NCBI GenBank assembly: GCA_040954595.2
Contig: CM082578.2
Span: 4,508,831-4,572,830 of the forward strand
Direction: 5' to 3'
DNA from: Balanoglossus misakiensis
Taxonomy: Eukaryota; Animalia; Hemichordata
DNA: 64,000 bases
Positions 25,201 through 38,060 of this stretch are shown piece after piece; position 1 is the first letter of the stretch, and every line of letters begins with the position of its first letter. The notes under the pieces were generated by a model that worked only from the letters and a program-made list of their open reading frames with translations, had not been told where the DNA came from and made no database searches. A program made the translations under genes and the position numbers.

Positions 25201-28200
25201 TCTATTTCAGTTATACATTATTCTTCTTTTTTTTCTTTTTCTTTTTTTGCGTTGGTGTCCTTCTCTCCCCTCTCTTTATTATCATTGCTCAGTATTACCT
25301 AAAGCACAGCTGCACATTGATGGCTCACACGTGACACTTGTAGACGAACGAAAGCTGCTAAGCTGTGATGTCAGCGGTGACCCCTCACCGAGTGTACAAT
25401 GGCTGCTCAATTCCATGCCACTTGAAGACACTGACGGAGCCCAGTACAAGTAAATCACAATAATACCATTCTTGGCATGATGCAGTAGAATTCCACGTAG
25501 CTTAGACAGTCAAATACTTTTTTCTCCTCATTGGAAACACCACCGAGAATATGTTTCTGGGAGTGGTCAGAGATGGTGATCCAGCGTTGATAAAATTGTT
25601 TCTCTTGGTAATTTACGCATCAAGACATACTGAACTTGGACATACATGTACACTACACACTGAATTCTTGACAATAAGTGTTCTTAATTAGCAGGGCATA
25701 GTTCTAAATAACCTTAGGGGCATTGTTTGTTTGAGCAAAAGACAGCAACATCAGTTATAAATGAACTCCAGTTGAAAAATACTGCAGAATAATTTTAGTC
25801 ATATTTATTCACAGTGCATGAAAATCTTCAGTTTTCCCCCATTGGCAGTATATGAAAGTCGTCATACTTTTATGTTCTGTAGTAAAGTTTGAAATTCTCA
25901 GTAAAGTTCGAAATTCTCCAAATGGGGGAATTATCTTGATTTTTGCAACATACTGAATGAACCAATAGGTCACAAAGATGATCCAGTGATTCAGACTCTC
26001 CTGCTGAGTTCCTCTCAAGTTGCAGCCACCACAAGTTGAAAGGTCACAGCGGGTCACAGATAGTGGGAAAGCCAGTCATGATTAATAGACTGTGTCAGTT
26101 TCAGCTGTTGGCTGTTCATGAAATTCAGCATCATTATCACAGCTGTTCCCAGGATCTGACCCGAGATTTGTGATAGCTGTCAACAAACCTGACCTGGGAC
26201 ACTAGATAAACCAGTCAATGATTTAAAGGTGTTGATGAATGACGGGGGTGGGGGTGGGAGGGGGTGTCCCCCTCCCACATGAGAAAAATTTGTATTATGA
26301 AGGGTTCAAAACTGCATTTTTGTGGACTCAAAATAAATATTTAGTCCTCAAAGTTTTCAAGTCCCCCCTTTTACAGTCCCTAAATTATTTCAAATCCCCC
26401 CCTTACATACCCTCAATTTTTTCAAATCCCCCCCTCAATTCTCCTGCTCCCCCCCCTCCAGAGGTGTTTGTGAATGCAGCCTAATAATGGAAAAAGGGCT
26501 GCGAGAGAAAGACTTTGTCCTTTTTAACGATCTCCCAATAATTTGAAACTAGACAATCTTATGCATTTGCCTATCTTGTTCTTTGTAACGTTTCCACTAG
26601 AGTGACTAGCTGTATAATTATTTTGACATTATTTAAGTAGCGCCTGTTTTTCTTGTTTTAAAAGTTTTCTGTTTGAGGATTCACACAAGCAGTATGGGTA
26701 CTCGGTGTTAAAATCACAGGGGACAGAGAAATCATGTTGTTTGTTTGTTTGTTTGTTTGTTTGTTGTTGTTAATGAAGAAATGATGATGATGATAATAAA
26801 TATTCTTTTTTTAAACAATGTGGCATTCCGAGCTGTTGTTTGTCGATATTGTAAATAACTGTAAAAAAACACTTAACAAACAAACAAACAACACGATTTC
26901 GGAGGCAGGCAATGATGGTTTTGAATCGGCACATTGTGAAAATGTGTAGATGAATGTACATTATCCGAAAATGCAACAGAAAACACAATAGACTATTTCT
27001 CTCTCTTGATTTCTTTCAGCTTCACCAAAAGCCATACTGGTGATTACCGGGTGGAATGTAAAGCATCCAATATATTTGGAACGGCCAAGTCGAATGCAGT
27101 CACACTGACTGTCATTGGACAAGGTACAGAAATAAGTGTATTGTAAAATATTTATTGCATACATTAAAGGGACAAAGTCTCTCTCTCGCTGCACCTTTTC
27201 CATTAATTATGTTTGATGCAAGACCGTTTATGTTATTCTTCATGTGTATATATAGTGAATCAATATTCGACCACGCACAAATTCCATCCCATTTGTAGGA
27301 TATGAGAGTAAAAATCTCGCCAAAATGAATAAATGGTAAAGACTGATTATTCATTTTGGCGATTTTTTCACTGTCGTGTTTACAAGTGGGATGGAAGTTG
27401 TGTGTGGTCGAATGTTGATTCACTACCGTACATATCCACATGTTCATTAACATAAATGGTGTCTTATATCAAACATAATTAATGGAAAAAGGGCAGCGAT
27501 TATGCTGCAGCCATCATGCAAACACAAACGGTAGTTGTGTGTTTTCCTGGTTTCCCAGAATCTGACATTACCAGACAACTGAATGATATGACACATAGGA
27601 TTAACTTCCCGGTCGTTGTAGCTACAGAAGCACAATGCATGTTTTGTGCATTATGTCTCAAAAATCTTGGAGAAATGTGATTTCCTGATTTCCCAGAGTC
27701 GATAATATGTTGAGGTTATCATATATAGACCAACCAGGTACATGTATAGCCAGATCCCTGCTTATTTTTCCAAGAAAATACGCTATCTCGTTTATTGTAG
27801 ATTGTAACTGACCCAGGTGTTTTCCTGTTAATTACAAACTGGATTCCCCAGATACCAGTTACAGGTTTTGTCATTTGTTTTCTGTTGCAGAATTTTGCCC
27901 AGAAGAATTTGCAGCAGGTTTGACATGGCCAAGGACCAGTAGAGGTCAAGAAACTCATTCTCTTGAGAAGTGTCCATCTGGCAGTAAGTGACTGGAAATT
28001 ACCTTTGCATGCTTTGTTTATTCATTTTTATCTCTGAGAAACTGCAAGCTGAAATTCTAAATGACGGCCAAACTCTGTTTTAAAGCTCCATTAGCTGTAG
28101 TCTGGAAACACGACTGGCGTGTTTTTTTCGCTAGGCAACGCACAACAGCAAAAAAATGCACTCAACTACATTTACATGTATTTAGCTGTATATTCTTGCT

Positions 28201-31200
28201 ATGTTTTTTAGTGTTTTTGATTTGCGTACCTACTACAGCAGTGTTTTGTTCAATATATATATATATATATATAGTCAGCATTGTTATTTGTGCAAAATTT
28301 GAATTTAAGTCCGAACTAAAATTCATTCTTCAACAATATACATGTAGCAATGGCTGCACGTACATGGTACATTTGTATGTTGACAAGTGGAGTACCACAT
28401 ATATTATCGTGCTGTTTGGAGTAGAACAAGAAATGTATTTGGTACACACAACAAAAATATTGAAAATATAGCCAAAAGTTACAGCTACATGTAGTGTCCC
28501 TTTAATACATGGTACTTAGCATATTTCCATAAAAGAAGATGGGATCGAACTGATATTTCTCGTGAGCTTTCAAAGAAGTGCCACCTGCCCGTAGCACAAC
28601 AAACTGACATATTTACTGCTGTGAAATGATTTTCTTAGACTTTATTTTTCCTAATATTTGTTGCAAACAATACCTCAAACAGAACATAAATTTCCTAACA
28701 TCCCATGTGTGTGGTCACTTCAAACGAACTTACAGTGTGTATAAAAACAGCCACATAGTGTTTTACTCAGTTAACCTAACATTGACCCCAGGGTCAACTG
28801 ACCTTCAGAAGAATTTGTATCCTGTTTCCCATGGGACGCTGAATTAGGCAATGTTTATTACAGTCAGTGGCTTTATATATGTTGAGAAACTGCAAAGTCA
28901 GCAGATAGGAATTCTTTTCAGGAGTTGGTCAGCAAGTACTTGGTTTTATTTAGCATTGATGTGGCATTGTGTTGTAGTGCGTGTAAGGTCATGAAGTGGT
29001 CACCACCATTGCAGTGTTGTGGGACGACTTCATCCGATTACACTGACGCACCCATCGTCAGAACTATCACTTGGAAAATAAACCAATTTCAGTACAGTGT
29101 ATGTTTCAATAAAATAACCTATACCGACGTGTGACGTACTGTTTATCGCTCACTCACATCATATTTCTGTTATCAAAGCCATTGTCTCCTTCAACAAATT
29201 TTGACCAATTTCCAAAGTGTACTCATGAAATCACTCAAGCAGCTAAATTTCACCATCACCTTGGTTCATTTTAAATTTAGGTTGACTAGTATTTCACAAT
29301 CCAAACTGTATTGTGGTTTACCCAGTAATTAGTCTGTGTTGTTGTACTTGCTGAAACATCCTTCATCATTAGACCTCCACTTGCATTGTCCTCACGCATG
29401 TCAAGTATAAATGTTTCATTGGCACCATAATTAAGTACATGAAATTATGTCGTCAGGGTGTTTACAAATATACATGTAATTTATGCCTAGAACAACTTAG
29501 TAGGTTTGTGGAAGTTATGTGTAAGTATGATTAAATTCACATTCGGAAAAACTATCAGACTTCTAATCAGTCAGTGTTTTTTTTCCATCTTGCAGTAAAT
29601 AGAGCAAAAGCAACAAGAAACTGTTTTGGAAACTCCACTCATGCATGGTGGGGGAGGATTGAGAGGCAGAGTTGTGGTCAGAATGTTGACATCAATAATG
29701 AATTACAGAAACTGACAGAGGTAAGGTTATGTGTAACACTGACAATTAGCCTAAAGATTGTGCTTAAGGGGTCCACTTGTCTTGACGACATACAACTTGT
29801 TTGGGCGTGCATCCCATTCTCAGAGACCTTAGGGATCATATGTTTTGGATATTGGTTTCGCAATTTATTTTTAGGACATATACTGCTAACAATGGATGGA
29901 TAAGTGTTTTGTCCAAGATGTCACATTACTGGCTCGTGTGGCCCCTTTGCAGCAACTGTGCCAGTTTTATGGGATTTGGAATCATTCTGGGAATGTGAAC
30001 GATTTTCCAGTCAAAGTCTGCTAAACCAAGACCCACCACACCCCCACCCCTGAAGCGTTTGACAGGTTGTGGTACAAAAGCCACTATCCTGCAGTGTTGA
30101 TGAACACTGATTTGCGAGACTTACAAGCAATGTTTCTGCTGAAAACAGGGAAAGATGATAATAATACTGGGATTGCATGATTCCCTTTTCCTTTCAATCC
30201 ACACCACAGGTGAAGATCACGGAAAACAATGTGGAATCGGTGGCCACACAACTCTCGGAATTGACCGCGGCATATGCCAACTTCACAACAAGTGGGGTGA
30301 CGGATACTGCAGATGTTCTTGTTAACATTATTGCTTCGACGAATAGTTCAGCGGTATGTATATGCATGGTCTGTTTTTAAGACTCAAGCAATTCACACAT
30401 GCCAAATATAAAGGATGGTAGAAATACAAGCATTGATTTCTGTCTTGTTTCCCAATACATACTGACTGGATACTATCAGCGTATTTTGAACTTCAAAGCA
30501 CTGATTTTTAATAACCTGTGGGAATAAGGAAAATAAAAAGGGTTTAACCTTTCTGTTCCAGAATAAGTTATGTTCTCCGTTTACCTGTTTTGCAAGTTGA
30601 CCCTTTTGCTTGTTTCCTCTTTAAAATTATCTTCAACGCTTTTACATTGAATGTTTGGTAAAGGTCAGCGGGGAGATCATCAACTCGCTGAATAACCTGA
30701 TGCAAGTTGATCACGAAACTCTCGGGGAGAGTCAGCAGACGGCCAAGTCGGCTCAGAAAACCATCCTGGCTTTGGAGAACTACCTGGAGAAGGTGGAACT
30801 GGGAGAAGGCCGGAGAATCCTGCATGAAGTGGGAACTCAGATAGCCTATGAAATCATTGAAGATGAACCTGCTGCCTTTGGAGACGGTGTCGGATTTGTT
30901 TCCTTGGTTGAAAGCGATGGAGAGGAGGATGGGTCTGATTTGTCCATCCTCAACATGCCCAGTCCTGATGCTGAATTGGAGAATCTGACTGATGCCTCTA
31001 TATCCATACCGGCCAGTATTCTACATAACTCTGGGAACAGTGAGTGGCTCATCTCCATTTCTTTTGGTGGAAACTTTATTACCCATGATAGCAAGTACTT
31101 TTCTTTTAAAATAGTGCGAATATAGAACTCTCATTAATTAACTTGAAAAATGATGATTTTAATGAAAAAAATGAACATTAATTCCTTACATACTATGAAA

Positions 31201-34200
31201 GTATTCATTCAGAATCAGGTATTTTGAGCATACCGGTACCGCTTCATGGGCTATATGTAGCTTTGAAGTGTTATATTAAAGGGACAAAGTCTCTCTCTCA
31301 CTACCCTTTTTCCATTAATTATGTTTGATACAAGACAGACACTGTTATATGTTAATGTGTATATGTAGTGAATGAACGTTTAACCACACCCAACTTCCAT
31401 CCCGCTTGCATGATATGAGAGTAAAAATTCGCCGGAAATGAAGAAATGGTAAAGACCGATTATTCATTTTGGCGAGTTTTTTCACTCTTGTGTCTACAAG
31501 TGGGATGGAAGACTTTGTCCCTTTTATGGTGTCCCTGCCTCATTTACATAGTCTAGTCTGAGTGTGCAGTCTGCAACACCACCTGCTATTTGTCTCTTAT
31601 ATCTATAAGACTATAATGGGAAACTTTCTCGTAATGTCCGAAGGTAGCACCAAAGTCCGCTTCACCTTCGTCATATACCAGACAGATGCCCTTTTCCAGT
31701 CGAACTCCCTATCTGGCTTTTCGAGCGATAATGAAGAGGTTACCATGAAAGTGAACAGCAGAATCATAGCTGGAAGTCTGGCTAAACATGAAGTGGAAAA
31801 CTTGACAGAACCTATAACAGTCAAGTTTCTACCAACCGAGGTTAGTCACTGCAGTGCCAAGGCCATTTCATGCTAACATTACATATTTACTGTAGAAACA
31901 CGTTGTTTTCGCAGGGCAATAAATTTTTTGCGAAATACGCGAGAGCCAAAATAGCGTAAAAATAAAAAGTCGTGTAAAAAATTTTTTAAGATAACGATGC
32001 AGTGAATGAAATAAGAGTGCGAAAATTAATACTCGCGAAACAGTGGCCTCTCTCGATATCGCGAAAATTTCAACTGGCAAGAATAAAGTGTTTTACAGTA
32101 TTTTTATGAAACCATGCATGGATCTGCAGTTTAATGTTTAATGTTATCTCACAAAACCATGATACATTTGATTGTATGTGCAATAGCATATATATATCCC
32201 TAATGCTACTGGGTGTCAAGTCCCTTAAAATATGTATTTGCCACTTTTTCTTCTTAAACGTATTTTGACACATGGCAGTCTGAGCCCCCCGAAAAATGTA
32301 CCAAATCGCACTGGTTTGCCCTGTATTGGTCTGAGGGTCTAATGTATAGGCCCTACTGATTAACACACAATTGGCAGTCTAATTGGCCTAGGAACCAGGA
32401 TTCTAGGCACCCTTAAAATCAAACCAGTTTCAACTGACTTGGCAGCGTTAGGGTTAAATGACAGAAACTAAGTTATTATTATTATTATTAAAATCAGTCA
32501 GTTACTCTTTCCCTTCCCAATATTTTATTTTGCAGTCAAACTAAATAATTATTATTAAAATCAGTCAGTTACTTTTTCTCTTCCCAATATTTTGTTTGCA
32601 GTTCTACTCAGAGGCGATAATCAACACAAGTCAGTGTGTGTATTGGGACTTCGATGCTAACGATGGGTATGGGGATTGGTCCAGTGAAGGATGTTACTTT
32701 ATCGGCATTGAAGATAGCAGGGTTGTCTGCCAGTGTTACCATCTCACTAACTTTGCAGTACTTATGGTGAGATATTGGCATGCCATTTTACTTCATTTGT
32801 GCATTTGTACATACATGCAAGTACATGCATACATGTACATGCATACCAGTACATACATGCATACATTATAACCGATATGTGTCTCAACATTCATGGTAAT
32901 TCATACAACTCGAACTCGTGCATAATGAAGTAGAATTCATATTACTGCTACTACTGTATATTTATTTCAAATCATATCTGTACATTTTCACATTTACATT
33001 TTGTCTTTGTCAACAATATTTTTAGACTAAAACAGTACTGAAGACCTCCTGTCATAACAGACTTGGTGTATGAGGTCTGCTCATGCACATTTTTAGTCTG
33101 TGCGCATTTTTCCACAGCTTATGCGCACTGTGTACTTAACCAGATAATTTGGGGCCTTACAGTAGTCAATGTGATTTACATGTAACAAGTGGTCCACTAA
33201 TTTTTACATTAAAAATCATGTATGTGAGTTGAATATTCTAATGTACCACATTCCATTAAAAAAATGCATTTAGTTAATATAGTTGTGTATCTTCACTTTC
33301 GCTAAATCTGTAAATTGTGCTCAATTGCAGAATGTGCATGGAAACCAACCTGAAGCAATTCACTTGTTTGCCCTGGATACAATCAGCAAAATTGGTTGTT
33401 TGCTCTCAATAATAGGCTTGGTATTGACTTTGGCAACCTATCTGGGTTTCAGGTGAGTGTTTGTTCGCTTGATATAGGCTACAGTGACACTCATTGGCTA
33501 TTTTGCAAGGCTTTGTTGTTGCTGGACAATTTACATGATACTAGAGAATTTACATAAAAAGGTGCATTTCATTTTTCTTTCATTTACATGGTTTAATATG
33601 TGTTGTTTGCCATCTTAATTCTGTGATACATGTTTACCTATTGCCATATTGTAGAAGTTCAGCAAATGTTTGAAGCATTATGTTGACATATTTCACCTTT
33701 TACAAAAACCTGTGAAATTACCCCTTCTGTATTAGAAAATATTCCAAAAAATTGCTATGTTTTGAAAATAAACAGTATTAATGCAACCATTTGTCGCAAT
33801 CATCTGTGCATCTGTACTTTTTTTTCTCCAGAAAACTGAGGAAGACCAGAGCCCAGAGGATCCTGATCAACTTGTGCATTGCCTTGCTGTGTCTGATGCT
33901 TGTCTTTCTGGCAGGCATCGATCAGACGCACAGCTACTGGGGCTGCATCACAGTGGCCATCTTCTTGCATTTCTTCACGTTGGCTGCCTTCATGTGGATG
34001 GGCATCGAGGCATTCAATATGTACATGGCATTCATCAGGGTCATGCCTATGTACATCTCCTATTTCATGATCAAAGTTGGCGTTGTTGCCTGGGGTATGT
34101 GTTACTCTCCCCTTTTTTCAGTGTTTTGCACTAGACTCTCTCACAGCCCACGGTTCGCTACAACAAGGCTCTTCACTGACACGCCCTCAACCGTTTGGCA

Positions 34201-35861
34201 AGGGAGAAGCACCGTTTGGTGTTGTGTAGCGAACCTTAGCATGCTTTTTTGAAGAAAATCTTGCTTGAATGGAGTGATTTTCAGAAAATGAATGAAACGG
34301 GGATGTTACTGCACAGGTATTTGATAATTATCTGATATGAAGGATGATATCAATTAACATAAATAGGAAAGAAATATTCTTGTAGTGTACAGTTTGTTAG
34401 AGGATGCATGGAATTTGTCGGTATGTGGAAGTTGGAAGAGTACAAGAGGATTGGTGGCAATATGAATTATTGGGTGGAAAACTGTCATGGACATTCTCAA
34501 TATTAAATTTCAAAATGGTTACTTCAGAATGAAAAATCTCATTGAAGATTGAAAACATGGTAAAAACACACAAGACAACATAATGCTTCTTTCAAGTTTC
34601 TGTGGTTAATATTTCAGTCTGGTCTCTTTCAGGTCTCCCACTGCTAGCCGTAGTGATAACGCTATCACTGGGTCTGCACAATTACACCAGCAACAAAGAT
34701 TAGTAAGTGAACAGATAAGAAATGTCAGATTATGTTGGGTTTTATGAAAAATGCAAGCAGTGTGTAAATAGCTTTTAATAAATATCGGTGCTGAGAACCG
34801 AACAATAAACCTCAAATTACCAATAAAAACATGATATCAAAGTTGTGTGAAGATATAGAAGTCATATTCTGAATGGATCAGCTCTTGGCTGACCTGGGAC
34901 CATACTGTGTTAACCCATTTCAAACCTCATTTAGCTTATACTGCATAATAACATTTGGGCAGCATCAGAAACAATAGCACAGTTTACAAAAGAATAGTGA
35001 ATTTAGCTAACACTGGGCCAAGCCACCGTTAGCCCAATGCTAACCAGTTGGAAAAGGGGTATACTTAATCAACATGTAATTGTATGTGAACTGCAGATTG
35101 CATATTAATTTGCCTAAACCAAGACACCTGATGGAATTATTCACTGTGGCTGGCTTATAGAGGTTCTCTTATCACATTGAATACTGGAGAAGATATGAGA
35201 AAACATTGCAGGTTACAAGTAGGTATAATTCAATGTTTGCAAAATGAATCATCCTTTAATTAAATTCTCATTCTTAAATTTACTCCATCGCAGTTGCTTC
35301 ATGGATCACAACGCATTCTATTACGCCTACGTCATCCCGATCGCACTGGTTCTCCTGTACAACCTGGTCGTGTACACGCTGGTCATCCGACAGCTGTGCG
35401 CCAAGTCGCATGCCACAACCGTGGACAAACCGCAGCACCTGCACATGAGGTGGCAGATTCGCAACTCCGTCTGCATCCTGCTGATCCTGGGGCTGACCTG
35501 GACCTTCGCCTTCTTCGCCGTGGACAAGGTGACGCTGCTCTTCCAGTACCTCTTCTGCGTCTTCAACTCCTTGCAGGGTTTCTTCATCTTCGTCTTCTAC
35601 TGCCTGGACCAGCGGGACGCCCGGGAGCAGTGGCGACTGGCCTGTGGCTTCTGCCCGTGCCTGCGCAAGAAGAAGAAAAAGTACAAGTACCGCTCGCCGG
35701 GCTTCGATCTCATCTACCACAACCCGACCTACACGACCTCGCAGAGTCACCGAAGCAGTGTCTCCTCGGCAAAGCAGTTCAGTTTGTCGCCCAGGGAGTC
35801 GACAGGAGCCGTTCACCAAGCAACGCAGACAAGTGCTCCGCAACCTAACTTTGTGCAATAG
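17664..35861 (+). CDS. Adhesion G protein-coupled receptor (ADGRG-like; Ig domains, HormR, GAIN/GPS, secretin-family 7TM), multi-exon, 5' end not identified
   Basis: Exons traced by hand with AG/GT boundaries and matching phases: 17664-17842, 20078-20206, 20514-20877, 21137-21326, 21483-21550, 21785-22750, 25293-25449, 27020-27123, 27891-27983, 29596-29720, 30210-30353, 30664-31039, 31644-31840, 32602-32766, 33331-33452, 33832-34094, 34633-34702, 35294-35861 (sum 4280 nt, +1 nt from an upstream exon = 1427 codons). Motifs: Ig (ATLVC..GSPEPTIRWYK..GRYICEADN), HormR (FCPEE..LTWPRT..C..ATRNC), GPS (CQCYHL|TNFAVLM), 7TM (HFFTLAAFMWMGIEA, LGLTWTFA, FNSLQGFFIF). The C-terminal exons are much more certain than the first three. 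Confidence 0.9.
18081..19289. mobile_element. Foldback-type (Galileo/P-superfamily-like) non-autonomous element with ~500-bp TIRs and 7-bp TSD
   Basis: Arms 18081-18584 and 18787-19289 are near-perfect inverted repeats including a (GTT)n/(AAC)n microsatellite; ends cacaggg..ccctgtg; attaaac on both sides. Confidence 0.9.
21785..22750 (+). CDS. aGPCR large ectodomain exon (unrecognised Cys-rich region with Ser/Thr/Gly-rich insert)
   Basis: ctag|AT..ACTG|gtaagt; open frame; phase 1/1 fits the flanking Ig exons. Confidence 0.8.
26715..26880. mobile_element. Degenerate relative of the foldback element's TIR
   Basis: Starts cacagggga, has a GTTT/GTT repeat, then tgtttgtcgatattgtaaataactgtaaaaaaa matching ~18197-18230. 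Confidence 0.55.
27168..27499. mobile_element. Palindromic TTAA-TSD MITE family, copy 3 (right end truncated)
   Basis: TTAA|agggacaaagtc start; homology ends at gggcagcga. Confidence 0.8.
28083..28501. mobile_element. Degenerate Kolobok-like MITE
   Basis: ttaaagctccattagctgta ... tacagcta[catgta]gtgtccctttaa. Confidence 0.5.
30664..31039 (+). CDS. aGPCR GAIN domain exon
   Basis: aag|GTC..AACA|gtgagt; INSLNNLMQVD..SQQ..ASISIPASIL is typical of GAIN. Confidence 0.85.
31280..31522. mobile_element. Palindromic TTAA-TSD MITE family, copy 4 (internally deleted)
   Basis: agggacaaagtc...gactttgtccct; most of the right arm is missing. Confidence 0.8.
31890..32098. mobile_element. TA-TSD MITE (Tc1/mariner-like ends)
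   Basis: TA|ctgtagaaacac ... gtgttttacag|TA with internal cgcgaaa motifs. Confidence 0.65.
32198..32453. mobile_element. piggyBac-like MITE
   Basis: ccctaatgct.. / ..agcgttaggg|TTAA; left TTAA is degraded. Confidence 0.5.
32466..32601 (+). repeat. Tandem ~66-70-bp duplication of the GPS-exon splice acceptor region
   Basis: attattattaaaatcagtcagttact..cttcccaatatttt..tttgcag occurs twice (AG ending at 32535 and 32601). Confidence 0.85.
32602..32766 (+). CDS. aGPCR GPS autoproteolysis-motif exon
   Basis: CVYWDF..GDWSSEGC..VCQCYHLTNFAVLM; canonical HL|T cleavage site and Stachel TNFAVLM. Confidence 0.95.
33832..34094 (+). CDS. aGPCR 7TM exon (TM2-TM4)
   Basis: ILINLCIALL..LHFFTLAAFMWMGIEAFNMY..AWG; ccag| and |gtatgt boundaries. 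Confidence 0.93.
35294..35861 (+). CDS. aGPCR terminal exon (TM5-TM7 and cytoplasmic tail)
   Basis: PIALVLLYN, LGLTWTFAFF, YLFCVFNSLQGFFIFVFYC; TAG stop. Confidence 0.95.
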
Positions 35862-35909
35862 ACAGAAGAGACGATCTTTTGCAAAAATTATTACTGATGA
35901 TGCAGTGCC

Positions 35910-37993
35910 AAAAGACATGGATGTAAATGAGATTTAATGTAAATATATGTATTTTATCAGTTATTTGATCATTGTTATTAATATTGTAAGTACACTTTGT
36001 GATCCCTATGTCTTAAAACCATGATCTGGATGGGTTTTTTTTCACTTTGGAAATACTGTCAGCAGTGATTGAGCACTGTTAGAGTCGGCTGTTCAATGCA
36101 TTGTATATTCTCATGTACCTCCTTGCAATCAGATTCAACTGGTGTATGGTGACCAGTATCGAGAATGTGCAGGGCCTACAGCAATGGGTGCTGGGACAAT
36201 TATTGGCATACACATTAAACATGTATACAGGCATCAGCACATTTTAACCATGCGTGGGAGTTACTAGACTGAAAGATTCAGTTGGGAGGGGCGCTCTGGT
36301 CAAAGAGTCATAGGCATTGCTGGAGCGCCCGCACAGGACCGAATCTTTCAGTCTAGGCAGCTATATATACGTACATGTAAATAATTTCTTCCCTTAGTCA
36401 CTGGTGGCGCTGTGCATTCCCATTGCATATACAACACTGTACACAGTTCTATGGCAGTTAATTCTCTGACCATGCGTGAAATGTATGTGTACAATAAATC
36501 CCATTACAATTAGCTAGTTGTGGAAGTCAAGTTCATGTAAAGATAAAAATTATCTAGTGTATAAATGCATGTCCTTAACAATAAGCAACGACTTGTTATC
36601 CATGTACACGCCTTTTTGTAAAGAATAGTTCATTATCTTTGAGATAAAATGTTGATTTTATTCATTTAAAGGGCATAGAAATGCTCTCAGATACATTTAA
36701 ACATAATTTTATTGCTTCAATTCGCATTCTTGTAGATATACATGTATTTGTATGAACATTTGTGCATATTTATTAAAAACATGCTGAACTTTATCAATGC
36801 TCTAATAAACTTATAATTTTATTGAAACCGTGGGATTCCTTTCATGCATTTTTTATTTTACAGCATATCATACAATTTTACTGCCTCTAAATCTGCATTG
36901 TTTTAGCAATATAAGCGGTGTTAGTGATGACATAGCCACCATTTACTGACCAACGATTTCAAAAACAAGCAAATTCACGTTCTAACTGCTGTTTGGACAG
37001 TGCCCTCACCACTGCACAGAGTAACACAGACTCGTTAGTAGCTTTATTTAGTTGTCGTAGACGAGTCTATAGCTTGCTTATATGGATCGGTTTTTGTCTT
37101 GTAAGTTGCAGTTGTTGCCAGTCAGTCTATATATATATACATGTATGTCTGCATGTGAGGGTGTCCGTCAACTCAAATATTTTGAGAACCGGAATAGATA
37201 CAAGCTGGAAATTTTGATGCATCACGGACATATGCACATGTTTTAGTTTTCATCATATTGATGCAAATGAACTCAAAAATTCTCATTTTTGGTCAAAAAT
37301 CATCTCGGAAACCACTTTCTGCATCTATTTAGAAATTCAGTTGCGCACACCTAGCAAAATCTTCAACTTGATTGAGGGGTGGCTAGTTTATGAAGAAGAA
37401 GACGAAGCAGCTATTTCAGCATTATATTAATGATAAAATACTTAACGCGCTCGCTTCATTTTTTTACACTTTTATTTATTTGACAACATTTTACAATACA
37501 TAGTCATTTCATGCACAGGTGAATATAGTCGACTAATCAGACCAACTATCTCACAGAGAATAGATTACAATCTAATCATTTAATGTTCAAGAAAGCAAAA
37601 TCATCCAATCAGATAAAATTTTACAGTTCATGGGTCAACCACAAATTGGAACTAAAACAAACGTGCTCATAAACACAATGTTTGACCTTAAATGCTATTA
37701 TCAAGTTGTTGCAAGTCGGGTATTTTATGATGCGAATTTTCAGGTCATCAGCCCAATATACAACCAAACTCGGATAAATTATTAAATGACAAGTGAAAGA
37801 GTTTTAATGTCAGATAGACCTTACATTATTTACATTTGAATATCTGTTCTGAGTAACAGGAAATGTGAAATTTCAAACGGTGATGTCAAATGAAAAAGAC
37901 GGTAAACATGTTTTTCTTAAACCATTAAAACATTGAAAATATAAGCAACGTGATACTCTTTTTCGAAATCATTTCTCTCACGTAATACACAAA
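35910..37993 (+). repeat. Segmental duplication copy 1 (aGPCR 3' UTR and downstream)
   Basis: Near-identical to 38874-46261 once the two insertions in that copy are removed; AATAAA at 36493 and 36804. Confidence 0.92.
36265..36355. mobile_element. 91-bp TAG..CTA mini element (Academ-like); duplicated at 39672-39762
   Basis: TIR tagactgaaagattc / gaatctttcagtcta; flanks gggagttac / ggcagctat resemble a decayed 9-bp TSD (6/9 identical). Confidence 0.65.
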
Positions 37994-38060
37994 GTCTGTC
38001 CATTCTGTCGATGTTAAACGTTCTATCAGTTTCTATTTTTAAATAATGAAATGAGCACCT

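Noticed and set aside
35280-35918. 212-aa antisense ORF and other overlapping ORFs
   Set aside because: Shadow frames of the GC-rich terminal aGPCR exon.
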